From: a virus
Length of the DNA stretch: 64,000 nt
Strand: one strand, 5' to 3'
IMG/VR virus record: IMGVR_UViG_3300029585_000050
Shown: in pieces, positions 9,887 through 18,567 of the stretch
How positions within the stretch are numbered: the stretch's first letter is position 1
Layout: every line of letters starts with the position of its first letter
The notes under the pieces: model-generated
Told to the model about the DNA's origin: nothing
What the model saw: only the letters and a program-made list of their open reading frames with translations
Databases searched by the model: none
Made by a program: the position numbers and the translations under genes

Positions 9887-10307
9887 ATCACTATTACTCA
9901 TTGCATTAATGGTATTCTTACCGAATGCCCATTCCCTTGACCTTGAATACAAAGGTCAAAAGATTGATGGTGTTTATCCGATGAAAGATATGTTTGTCGA
10001 GAATGAAATGAATCAATTAAGGGCATCAATCAAATACATCAATAAATTCATAATCGTTATTGATGGCACCGTCGGTAAATTCAGACCATCTTTCAACCAA
10101 TTGACAATTCAGCAAACTAACCCAGATAATAAGCGCCAATCATTACACATGAACGTTCAATATAAAAATGAAGACATACCATTTCTGATGAAAAAGAATA
10201 AAGGCGACAAGATTGTCTACGGTTGTAAAATCATTGAAATTGGCACTTACACTTCTTCTTTTAGAACAGAAAATTGTTTATTAATCACAGACGACGAGTA
10301 TTATTGA
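9870..10307 (+). CDS. secreted OB-fold protein, tRNA_anti-like
   Basis: Signal peptide; NQLRASIKYINKFIIVIDGTV resembles the tRNA_anti-like pattern. Confidence 0.4.
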   Translation: MFVNIKSLLLIALMVFLPNAHSLDLEYKGQKIDGVYPMKDMFVENEMNQLRASIKYINKFIIVIDGTVGKFRPSFNQLTIQQTNPDNKRQSLHMNVQYKNEDIPFLMKKNKGDKIVYGCKIIEIGTYTSSFRTENCLLITDDEYY

Positions 10308-10308
10308 T

Positions 10309-10716
10309 ATGGGCGCATGGTCACATAAAATAGATGGAAACGACACTTACGAAGATGTTGTTTATGTATTCGATGAAGGGGTAGACGCTACCCCAGAAGA
10401 ATTTGAAAGGCGCGTTGAACAAATAGGATATGATTGGGGTACTGAATACAAACATGAAGCCGCCCTGTACATTTGTTTCTATGCCATAGCCAATGGATTA
10501 CCAATCACTGAATGGCTTAGGAACTTTGCTAATCACGAGTTGAATGTCATGCTTACGGATGACCACCTAGAAGATTGGACAGACCCCAGAAAGCGTTGGT
10601 GTTACCTAACGTCTTTCCAACACATCCTTAACCTATACGACGTTGACGGTGAACCCGATGTGAAACTGGATAAGTCAAAAGGGATTATGGAGACAATTTT
10701 GGGTGATTTGGAATAA
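10309..10716 (+). CDS. hypothetical protein, DUF4259-like N-terminus
   Basis: Starts MGAWSHKIDGND. Confidence 0.4.
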   Translation: MGAWSHKIDGNDTYEDVVYVFDEGVDATPEEFERRVEQIGYDWGTEYKHEAALYICFYAIANGLPITEWLRNFANHELNVMLTDDHLEDWTDPRKRWCYLTSFQHILNLYDVDGEPDVKLDKSKGIMETILGDLE

Positions 10717-10786
10717 AAAGCTTTACACCCACTTTATTATCGTCTATCATCGCTTGAAACATTGAAAATAATCTGAGGAGATTTTT

Positions 10787-11080
10787 ATGCCTAGACCAGT
10801 ATGGGAAAAATTTGAATTCCATGAATCAGTTTACGAAAATCAACCGAATGCCGAATGCTATGATGTGGTTAGCGGTGATTTGGAAATTACGGTTAGTAAT
10901 GGTTTCATTGAATTAGATGGCGATTGGGCTTTTCGTTCGTCTATAACTGGTTGTGATTACATCAAGCTTAATGCCAACAATGCTGAAGATGCAATTAGTG
11001 AAGCATGGTGTAAAATAAGTGAATACCTTGAATCAACCTTGAAGAACTTAACTGCTATTCCAACGTGTGATGTGATATGA
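10787..11080 (+). CDS. hypothetical protein
   Basis: TCTGAGGAG leader. Confidence 0.65.
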   Translation: MPRPVWEKFEFHESVYENQPNAECYDVVSGDLEITVSNGFIELDGDWAFRSSITGCDYIKLNANNAEDAISEAWCKISEYLESTLKNLTAIPTCDVI

Positions 11081-11397
11081 AAGATAAATTAAAAAAGATT
11101 TCTGAAGTGACTGGCGCTAAATTCGCTGAAGTCGTTGATGGTAAAGCCGTCCACCTAATCGATTCTGTTGAAATCCCAGTGGAACACATGATTTACCAGA
11201 CACCACCTAAAGATGGAATCTACCGTCTTAGTGAAAACACATGTGATAATTACAACGGCTGTGAGGTTGGTAATCATTTGAAAGACTGTAGTGGCTATTC
11301 GTATAAAAAATGCGCGGTGTGGTCATTCTATCCGCCCGAAAAATTTAGTATTGACTTCAATGACTGTTTGAAATTAATGGATGGTAATAATGTCTGA
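11077..11397 (+). CDS. hypothetical protein
   Basis: ORF track; ATGA overlap. Confidence 0.6.
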   Translation: MKDKLKKISEVTGAKFAEVVDGKAVHLIDSVEIPVEHMIYQTPPKDGIYRLSENTCDNYNGCEVGNHLKDCSGYSYKKCAVWSFYPPEKFSIDFNDCLKLMDGNNV

Positions 11398-11776
11398 TAA
11401 CGATTCCTTACTAGAAGAAATCCATCTGGCGGGTGGGTACGAAAATTTCCTAAAAAGGGAAATAGACCGTATCCGCTCACACATGTTAGCACTCGATAGC
11501 TCTTCTGAGATATACGTCATTTATGCACAAAAAGCTGATGAATTTGAAGCGTTACTCAATAGCTATTACGATAAAAAATACACTTCTCGTATTAGAAAGT
11601 ACCTGAACGGTTTTCCCAAAGATATAATTGTTTCCGCAAGTTGTGATGGTTATATTAATTTACATCTCGGTGTCCAAGGGGATAATCATTATTACACAAC
11701 TTTCCTAGCCAACTTCGTCGATGAAGAAAGGGCTATGGTCTACCTTGAAGGTTTTAAAAAGGCATTAGAATTATGA
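11381..11776 (+). CDS. hypothetical protein
   Basis: ORF track. Confidence 0.6.
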   Translation: MVIMSDNDSLLEEIHLAGGYENFLKREIDRIRSHMLALDSSSEIYVIYAQKADEFEALLNSYYDKKYTSRIRKYLNGFPKDIIVSASCDGYINLHLGVQGDNHYYTTFLANFVDEERAMVYLEGFKKALEL

Positions 11777-12060
11777 ACTTATTTGCAAGTGACCCGAAAT
11801 TAACAAAGCTGTACGATGAACTTGATACATTAAAGCAGTTGTGTAAAGAAACTGAATTGGATAAAGATGATTGGCAGGCATGTAAAGTTGCGCGTAACAT
11901 CATCGCCGAGCGGGTTGACTCTTTAACTAAGGTGGATGGCATTGATTATAGTTGTTTCGACATTATATTCCATGATGGTGATTATGAAGAATATCATACT
12001 TACGTTCGGGGCATCAATAACCTTCTGGTTGACGTATCAACAATGATTCATGGTGAATGA
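11773..12060 (+). CDS. hypothetical protein
   Basis: ORF track; ATGA overlap. Confidence 0.6.
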   Translation: MNLFASDPKLTKLYDELDTLKQLCKETELDKDDWQACKVARNIIAERVDSLTKVDGIDYSCFDIIFHDGDYEEYHTYVRGINNLLVDVSTMIHGE

Positions 12061-12283
12061 TATGGACTTTTCTACAATTGAAATCACCGTATTTGTTGTT
12101 GGTTATATATCAGGTTCCATACTTGCTTGCGGTTATATCGGCGGTATTCGCGACGAAATGGACGGCATACTTGACCAATTTATTGTATTCTGTTGGCCTA
12201 TTGCATTGTTTTGTAAAATAATTTGGATGGCAGGCACCGCCTTGTACAAACTAGGTGAAAAGATGAAGAGTATCACCAGATGA
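12050..12283 (+). CDS. small membrane protein
   Basis: Two hydrophobic segments. Confidence 0.6.
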   Translation: MVNDMDFSTIEITVFVVGYISGSILACGYIGGIRDEMDGILDQFIVFCWPIALFCKIIWMAGTALYKLGEKMKSITR

Positions 12284-12714
12284 ATAATGTAGTGTTGTTT
12301 ACCCGCCATACATTGATACACATGCTTGGTTTTCTGGAAGTTGGAAAGAAATTCACCAACGACGATGATATGTTGGTCAACCTACCAATCACCCGTCGTA
12401 ATGTTACAGCATTGTTAGAAAAGCTAGACCACGTTGCCAACGGTGGTCATAGTCATTGTACATTGATTAAAAGAGATACAGTGCATTCTAAGTACCCTTT
12501 GACTGGCTTTGATGAGATAGCCATTAAATCTATTGAGGGCAATGATGCACAAAGTAGTTCATTTAACCTACAAGTTGCATTAAACGACGATGGTGAGTTT
12601 CTTTGTAACAAGCTTACAATGCATACAGAAGACGGCCAAATCGTCAATGTCGTCTTATTGGAAGATGATGAATATTACACCGACCGTGCCGCAGGCGACT
12701 TGTTTGACTTATGA
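12280..12714 (+). CDS. hypothetical protein
   Basis: ORF track; ATGA overlap. Confidence 0.6.
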   Translation: MNNVVLFTRHTLIHMLGFLEVGKKFTNDDDMLVNLPITRRNVTALLEKLDHVANGGHSHCTLIKRDTVHSKYPLTGFDEIAIKSIEGNDAQSSSFNLQVALNDDGEFLCNKLTMHTEDGQIVNVVLLEDDEYYTDRAAGDLFDL

Positions 12715-12986
12715 TAGAAGTGACGTTTAGAACAGAATCAACAGCCGATGATGACCGTGCAAGGTATATGTTGGCATTACTTGGTATTACGATGTACCGT
12801 GAGACAACGTTTTCTGATGAAGCGGTGCCATTTTATAAGATGACCCGATTCACATTTTATACAAAGAATGTAGAGCAGTTAAGAAGCTCCATGGAACACA
12901 TGTGTGAGAATTACGATGCTCTTTATGATTTACACCGATGTTACGAGACATTAGAGGTGGTGAATGATGCTAGACGCATTAACTGA
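12711..12986 (+). CDS. hypothetical protein
   Basis: ORF track; ATGA overlap. Confidence 0.6.
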   Translation: MIEVTFRTESTADDDRARYMLALLGITMYRETTFSDEAVPFYKMTRFTFYTKNVEQLRSSMEHMCENYDALYDLHRCYETLEVVNDARRIN

Positions 12987-13260
12987 TTGGATTAACGACA
13001 ATCGCTTCGACATTGAAGCATACACTGAATTGAATGGTGATTCATGTACCTATAACGATAGAAACCCATCTGGTGAACTTATTCGAGCAGATGAACTCTT
13101 AAATCATATTAAAGAGAATGACATCGTTTCAGTAAAAAGTGAATTGTTGGTTGAAGTGTTGCTTTCGACGCTGTATGGTTGTAACTCGAAAGACGAAGAT
13201 ATAATTCGTACAAAAATTAAACTGGCATTACCAGTGATAGCACAATTATCAAATAAATAA
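12964..13260 (+). CDS. hypothetical protein
   Basis: ORF track; GAGGTG SD. Confidence 0.6.
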   Translation: MMLDALTDWINDNRFDIEAYTELNGDSCTYNDRNPSGELIRADELLNHIKENDIVSVKSELLVEVLLSTLYGCNSKDEDIIRTKIKLALPVIAQLSNK

Positions 13261-13301
13261 AAATTATTTGATTTTTTTTTCATTTTATTTGTCTTTTTCT
13301 A

Positions 13302-13330
13302 TTGACAAGGATACCTTGTGGGTGTAATAT
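13302..13330 (+). promoter_or_regulatory. sigma70-type promoter
   Basis: TTGACA-17nt-TAATAT with an AT-rich UP region. Confidence 0.7.
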
Positions 13331-13369
13331 ACTCATATTGATTGAAATTGTTAAGGAGAAACAAACATT

Positions 13370-13636
13370 ATGAAAATTGCATTATTAATTGGTATGGTTA
13401 TGTTCAACGGTGGTCAAGAAGCTCAGTTGCAAGATGTATATGCTTACGACAGCTACAAATCTATGAAATCATGCGTTAAGATGGCGGAGAAGCTTTCTAA
13501 AAAGCCTGAGTACATGGGTTTACATATCCAGTGTTCAGATGTAGAAAGCGCGGAAGTACCAGAATACATCCGTGACATCCTTTCACATAAACTACCATCG
13601 TTTGAAAAGAAAGAGTCGGTTGTAGCCTCTCTATAA
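13370..13636 (+). CDS. hypothetical protein with signal-peptide-like N-terminus
   Basis: AAGGAG SD; hydrophobic N-terminus. Confidence 0.7.
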   Translation: MKIALLIGMVMFNGGQEAQLQDVYAYDSYKSMKSCVKMAEKLSKKPEYMGLHIQCSDVESAEVPEYIRDILSHKLPSFEKKESVVASL

Positions 13637-13779
13637 AAAAAGAGAAAAAACATATTGACTTTCGGTGTTGATTAGAGGATAATCAGCACCATTGTTTCGT
13701 TGAGGAACGGAATAAAAAAAAGTTTCAAAAAATTCAAATTTATGGTTTTATTTTTAGAAAGATGTACTATAATTTGAAA

Positions 13780-14084
13780 CAGAGGAAATCGAGGAAAATG
13801 TAAAGATTTCATGCGAAACGGCTCGGCAGGCATGTCGTGAATTGTAAAACCTGTATATAATGAGATAACCGTATAAGTGTCCTCCTCCCGCTTGGTTATC
13901 ACCGTGAATATGATGAGAACATTATGATGCAGTAATTCAAAGGGGACCTCCTCACCCCAATGCAAGACTGAACAAGCAGTCAGACATTGATGGTTTGCTT
14001 CCTATTAAAAAGCAATTTGACCCTCCTCACATTTTGTAATGGGAAGTCAAAACATCACTTTTCCCGTGTCTGACTGCTTTTTTA
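13780..14084 (+). ncRNA. candidate structured RNA with three CCUCCUC loops
   Basis: Hairpins 13864-13900, 13942-13958 and 13974-14079 each display CCTCCTC; ends in a T-tract; no + strand ORF; 5' end approximate. Confidence 0.6.
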
Positions 14085-14089
14085 ATTGT

Positions 14090-14165
14090 GGTCGGTTGTG
14101 GCATACCGTAGGGAACGACGGAACGGCTTAGGCTAGGTTGGGTTCAATTCCCAACACTGACCCCA
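14090..14165 (+). ncRNA. tRNA-like RNA lacking a canonical D-arm
   Basis: GGTCGGT/ACTGACC acceptor followed by CCA; T-arm GTTGGG-TTCAATT-CCCAAC. Confidence 0.5.
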
Positions 14166-14175
14166 AATTTATCAG

Positions 14176-14406
14176 GTGAATGTAATGATTGATACATACA
14201 AACCATTTAAGATACAAGATGATTGTGGTACGGGTGACGAATACGAATTCACATCAAACGACGTTATCTATCGTGACCATAATGTTTGTATGGTGGTGTT
14301 ACCTGAGTTATTAGATTGGGATGAAGATAAGCACGTCTTAATCAATATCCATACAGGCGAAGTATTGAGTAATAATCTTCAATTTTACTACGCCAAACAA
14401 AATTGA
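14176..14406 (+). CDS. hypothetical protein
   Basis: ORF track. Confidence 0.55.
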   Translation: MNVMIDTYKPFKIQDDCGTGDEYEFTSNDVIYRDHNVCMVVLPELLDWDEDKHVLINIHTGEVLSNNLQFYYAKQN

Positions 14407-14484
14407 CGCGGTGTAGAGCAGTCTGGTCAGCTCGTGTGGCTCATAACCACAAGGTCGGGGGTTCGAATCCCTCCATCGCTACCA
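14407..14484 (+). tRNA. tRNA-Met(CAU), initiator-like
   Basis: Full cloverleaf, loop CTCATAA, C1/U72 mismatch, A11-U24 pair, encoded CCA. Confidence 0.92.
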
Positions 14485-14566
14485 ATTTTTCGCGAAAAAG
14501 CTGTGGGTACGTTGGCGCTCACCATGGTTCGTAAGAACAGCAGGTCAGTACGGCAAGTCACACAAT

Positions 14567-14666
14567 CAATGTGTTTTCAAAACTGTCACTATAATGCTTC
14601 ATTAACTGTCGTTACGGGAGCATAGTTTCGACAGGCAATGTATAGGACAGTTTTGAAAGCATATTG
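14567..14666 (+). ncRNA. candidate rod-like hairpin RNA
   Basis: 21 contiguous bp (14567-14587 with 14646-14666) plus inner stems. Confidence 0.5.
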
Positions 14667-14821
14667 CTTAATATCATGAGATAGGCTAACTATTCAAGAG
14701 ATAGACACTTGATGAAAAGCCCCTCCCGCTACAAGGCGGTGAAGCACCTATCGAGTCGTTGCTAAGACATGTCTAAGTCGGCGATGCCTCTCAGCTAAGT
14801 GGATGATGCTGTAAATCAATT

Positions 14822-15113
14822 AATTCAATATAGAAAGGGGTATGGCGCTAATTATATGTCGGTCTTAATATCGCCGAATTTCGTTGGTGCAAATATACGA
14901 AATCCCTGAAACCCAAGTTAGCTAATGTACAATACCGCATATCTTTAATTAAGTTGTATCATTGTAAGTACGCGAGTTAGGTACGGAGTAGACCGTAGAA
15001 ACCTTGAAGAAATAAATGATGATGCATGGAATTTCTGAGTGAGTACAACCACTGGTGGAATAAAGAAGCACCCCACACGGGCATGAACGTCATATCTCTT
15101 TCTATATTGAATT
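14822..15113 (+). ncRNA. candidate 292-nt multibranch RNA
   Basis: 26 contiguous bp closing stem (14822-14847 with 15088-15113) and internal hairpins; no ORF. Confidence 0.6.
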
Positions 15114-15184
15114 TCACTAAAACTTCAAGTTTCAACATCCGTTGAAAGTAACCAAATAGTGAAACTTTTCACTGGCGGTGAACC

Positions 15185-15607
15185 ATGGCTGATAAACCAA
15201 TTCGAGAAGTACCAATAAGTATTGAATCCCTTTTCAATTTTGAACCACCTTCGTACAAAGAAGGCGTTGATTACTTCTATTATCACATTGATGATATGAC
15301 TGATGAGAAATTAGAAGTCGTCAAAGATGGCAAGATGGTTTTCGTCGTTTATGATGACTACGACCAAGCTTACGATTTCTATGGCCATATCTGTGATAGA
15401 TTTGATAATGAGATAGACAGAAGCTATCTCTGTATCATGGAGCAATGGGATAACCATTCATACGGTGAAATGAAAGCCAAATACACGTTGGAATTAGAAG
15501 AACCAGTCACAATTGAATGGCAATGCCCCGCCGCCAAAGAAGGTATTAACTTGAGTGGTAACGCACTAAATTCTATTGTTAGATTAAAAAGAGGCGATGA
15601 TAAATGA
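15185..15607 (+). CDS. hypothetical protein
   Basis: ORF track. Confidence 0.65.
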   Translation: MADKPIREVPISIESLFNFEPPSYKEGVDYFYYHIDDMTDEKLEVVKDGKMVFVVYDDYDQAYDFYGHICDRFDNEIDRSYLCIMEQWDNHSYGEMKAKYTLELEEPVTIEWQCPAAKEGINLSGNALNSIVRLKRGDDK

Positions 15608-16017
15608 TTAATAACCTATTCAATGTGAAATTATGTGCTGCTACTGGCATGGGTAAAACCACCGCCCTTGTTCGTTTACTGGCACTGGAATCAAGAAAGC
15701 GTAAGGTATTTTTCATCACCGACGAATACACTTATGATTATTTCTATGCCAAGTTAAAGAATGATGAAATTTTGAACATCGGTAGCCCGTTGTATAATTT
15801 GGATAACATTGTTTACCTTGAAACTAAGCAAATGATGGATATGGCATCATTGGACTTCGATACCATCGGTGAGTTCGCCATTTACGATGACACCATGTGT
15901 GGCCATACCCAAGAAGAAATCAACTTCATTGAATCACTAAAGCCGCATCACTATTGTCGTGGTGTTTACACTGGGCACCAGTTGTCTAGGGCGGGTGAAG
16001 TAACAGTTAAAGCATAA
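15604..16017 (+). CDS. short P-loop NTPase-like protein
   Basis: Walker A-like AATGMGKTT. Confidence 0.5.
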   Translation: MINNLFNVKLCAATGMGKTTALVRLLALESRKRKVFFITDEYTYDYFYAKLKNDEILNIGSPLYNLDNIVYLETKQMMDMASLDFDTIGEFAIYDDTMCGHTQEEINFIESLKPHHYCRGVYTGHQLSRAGEVTVKA

Positions 16018-16652
16018 TGAAAAATATGTTTAATTTCGAAGAGGTAAAAGACTTCGATAACCACATCAACATCTCAATACCCAACTATAACGGTTTAATC
16101 GATATAGTCACAGCCTTGAGTTACGAGTACATGAACCCTATGGGCACTTGTATCGACCTTGGATGTAGTACAGGTAAGTTTCTCAATTCGTTGACGAAAC
16201 TGGAAGGTGGTCGGTACATTGGTTGCGATATTGTGACTATGGCCGATGATTATGACTTTGAATTTATTCAGGGTGATTGTCTTGATGTTTTAAAAGGTGT
16301 TGAAGAGACTGATATAATCTTCAGTATCTTTACGTTACAATTCCTTGGTAAGCATAAGCGTAAGCTTGTACTCGAAGAATTGAAACGTAAAATAGATGGC
16401 GGCTCGGCTGTCATCATTGCCGAAAAAGTCTATAGCTCGACTTCTAAAGTTCAAGCTGTGATGACTAGGGAACATATCAAGCAGAAACGTGAAAACTTCA
16501 CAAGCGATGAAATACTCGATAAGGACACCAGTCTGAGTGGGGTTATGTTCTGCAATAATATTGAAGAAATGACGGCTGAACTGGATTTCCTTGGAAACTG
16601 GGAACCAATCTGGCAAAGCTATAACTTTAGAGCTTGGATAGTTTATAAATGA
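16017..16652 (+). CDS. CmoA-like SAM-dependent protein (carboxy-SAM synthase family)
   Basis: FDNHINISIPNY, IDLGCSTG, FTLQFL, AEKV and W-x-x-YNF motifs align with CmoA. Confidence 0.8.
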   Translation: MKNMFNFEEVKDFDNHINISIPNYNGLIDIVTALSYEYMNPMGTCIDLGCSTGKFLNSLTKLEGGRYIGCDIVTMADDYDFEFIQGDCLDVLKGVEETDIIFSIFTLQFLGKHKRKLVLEELKRKIDGGSAVIIAEKVYSSTSKVQAVMTREHIKQKRENFTSDEILDKDTSLSGVMFCNNIEEMTAELDFLGNWEPIWQSYNFRAWIVYK

Positions 16653-17698
16653 ATCAGCTAGAAAGTAATGGTCTTACCATGGTGGATTTGTTCTGTGGCG
16701 CGGGTGTTGGCGCGATGGGGTTCAAATACGCGGGTTATGACATCATCGACGGTATTGACAATATGCCTTACGCCGTTGACACCTATAATATTAATGTGGG
16801 TGAACATGCTAGGCTAGGTGACATTAAAATGATACCAAGTAGCGATATTCCCTACGCCGACGTTTATGTATCAACACCACCTTGTAAATCGTTTTCGGCG
16901 CATGGTAAGAACCTTGGTCGTGATGACCCTGAGAATGGTTCTTTGTTCGAGCATACTATTCGCATCATCCAAGATAATCAGCCAAAAGCTTTTATCATTG
17001 AGAATGTGAAAGGACTTACTTACAAGAAGCATAGTGATTTCTTTGAGTGGGTTATAAAAGAGTTTGCCGAAAGTGGATACCGTGTATCATGGAAATTATC
17101 TGATTGCTATGAATATGGTGTGCCACAAAAAAGGGATAGGGTTTTTATCGTTGGTGTTCGTAAGGACATCGGTGGTTTCTTCGATTTCCCTTTTCCAGAT
17201 GGTCAACTTCGTACTGTACGAGATGCCATCGGTGATTTACCCGAACCATGTGATTCAATTAAGAATCATCATGGGTACGGTGTAAGACCAGATGAAGCCC
17301 CGTTTGTGGATAAAATACCAATCGGTGGCAACTGGAAAGACCTTTGTGAAGAAGACCAGAAGACCTTTATGAAAGGTGGTTACAAGAATCGTCACAAAGG
17401 CGGTAATACAGGTTTCTTGCGTAAAATCTCTATGGATGAGCCTGCTAAAACGATTACCTCTCAAATGAAAGGTAAAAGTAATGCACAATTGCTTGACTTA
17501 AAAGATAAGTTCGGTGATACTCATGAATCACAGAGTCGAAGATTCACTGTTCGTGAGTGTTTGAGACTGCAAACTGTGCCAGATGAATTCTATTTCCCTG
17601 AAGACATCGCACTGGCTAAGCAGTACGAGCGTTGTAGTGGTATACCTTCATTGGTTGCATACAAGCTTGGTGTCGAATTGGCAAAAATGTTGAAATAA
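16649..17698 (+). CDS. C5 cytosine DNA methyltransferase family protein
   Basis: Motif I DLFCGAG, IV PPCKSFS, VI IENVKGL, VIII GVPQKRDRVF, IX RRFTVRECLRLQ; motif X atypical. Confidence 0.92.
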   Translation: MNQLESNGLTMVDLFCGAGVGAMGFKYAGYDIIDGIDNMPYAVDTYNINVGEHARLGDIKMIPSSDIPYADVYVSTPPCKSFSAHGKNLGRDDPENGSLFEHTIRIIQDNQPKAFIIENVKGLTYKKHSDFFEWVIKEFAESGYRVSWKLSDCYEYGVPQKRDRVFIVGVRKDIGGFFDFPFPDGQLRTVRDAIGDLPEPCDSIKNHHGYGVRPDEAPFVDKIPIGGNWKDLCEEDQKTFMKGGYKNRHKGGNTGFLRKISMDEPAKTITSQMKGKSNAQLLDLKDKFGDTHESQSRRFTVRECLRLQTVPDEFYFPEDIALAKQYERCSGIPSLVAYKLGVELAKMLK

Positions 17699-17701
17699 TA
17701 C

Positions 17702-17729
17702 TTGATTTTTTGTCACAGAAGACTATAAT
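17702..17729 (+). promoter_or_regulatory. sigma70-type promoter
   Basis: TTGATT-16nt-TATAAT. Confidence 0.55.
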
Positions 17730-17779
17730 TCAGAACTCTAAAACGAGCAATTACGCTTAATCCTACATAGGAGAATATT

Positions 17780-18454
17780 ATGAAGAAACTTTTAACTGGT
17801 GCTGTCGCAGCTATGGCGGTACTATCATCAACACAATCGGTTGCATTTGAGCAGTCGGTGGACGTACTAGCGGGTGCATCGTCAAACTATGTATTCCGTG
17901 GTATTCAATTAGACGGTGACGGTACACCATTTGCAGCTTTAGATTACACCGCTGAAGGTTTTCTAGTTGGTACTTACCTAACTACATCACCTCTTGAAGA
18001 CGGTGAAGCTGAATATGACTTTTATGTCGGTTATGGCGGCACAGTAGGTGCATTTGAATTGGGCGCTACGGCGACTCAGTACAATTACACTAATTACGAC
18101 GGTGACGAAACTGAAATCGTTCTATCTGCAAGCGTTGCAGGCTTTTCGGCTGAATTAATCAATGGGAAAGCTCAGTTTGAAGGCACAGACAATGACTACA
18201 TTGGCGGTTCGCTTTCTTACGACCTGAACGCGGGTGGCGTAGATTACGGTGTTCAAGTGGGTACACTTGATTATGACTTAACTGTTGCAGACGGCGGTCT
18301 TGCTGACTACTCTTGGGTAGAATTAAGCTTCGCTATGCCAGTATGGGTTTTAGATACTCGCCTAGCGGTGGGTACACAGTTTGATATTGAAGATGACATC
18401 GAAGAAGATGAATATATCAACTTTACAGTGAGTAAGTCATTTAACTTACTATAA
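17780..18454 (+). CDS. TorF/Gcw_chp-like outer-membrane beta-barrel protein
   Basis: Signal peptide; SNYVFRGI and EYDFYVGY motifs; alternating beta strands; aromatic near the C-terminus. Confidence 0.75.
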   Translation: MKKLLTGAVAAMAVLSSTQSVAFEQSVDVLAGASSNYVFRGIQLDGDGTPFAALDYTAEGFLVGTYLTTSPLEDGEAEYDFYVGYGGTVGAFELGATATQYNYTNYDGDETEIVLSASVAGFSAELINGKAQFEGTDNDYIGGSLSYDLNAGGVDYGVQVGTLDYDLTVADGGLADYSWVELSFAMPVWVLDTRLAVGTQFDIEDDIEEDEYINFTVSKSFNLL

Positions 18455-18478
18455 CTGAATAATGGGCTTTGTCCGTTA

Positions 18479-18546
18479 TGTCTGGCCATAAATGAGCATC
18501 CTTCTACATAAAATCGGAAAAAAAACGCTCTTTAAATTCCCAGACA
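18479..18546 (+). ncRNA. Y-RNA-like element 1
   Basis: TGTCTGG/CCAGACA closing stem, GGCCATA, GAGC/GCTC stem, GCATCCTTCTA at 18496-18506. Confidence 0.6.
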
Positions 18547-18567
18547 CCCTTATACATTTTTTGAAAT

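Noticed and set aside
13672-13965. 97-aa minus-strand ORF across the anti-SD RNA
   Set aside because: It is opposite to all local transcription, and the sequence is better explained by + strand hairpins.
14434-14625. ORF overlapping tRNA-Met and structured RNA
   Set aside because: It starts inside the tRNA, has no SD, and the translation is uninformative.
14615-14820. tmRNA (GGGAGC..TTTCGAC resembles its 5' end), SAM riboswitch or hammerhead
   Set aside because: No matching T-arm/acceptor 3' end or tag frame; the TTCGAC lies in the rod hairpin; the CUGAUGA/GAAA core and SAM-I consensus are incomplete.
14822-15113. RNase P RNA
   Set aside because: Could not find the GAGGAAAGUCC or ACAGAA..GGCUUA conserved regions.
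15604-16017. P-loop protein as part of the cytosine modification cluster
   Set aside because: Adjacency is the only evidence; such packing is universal in this window.
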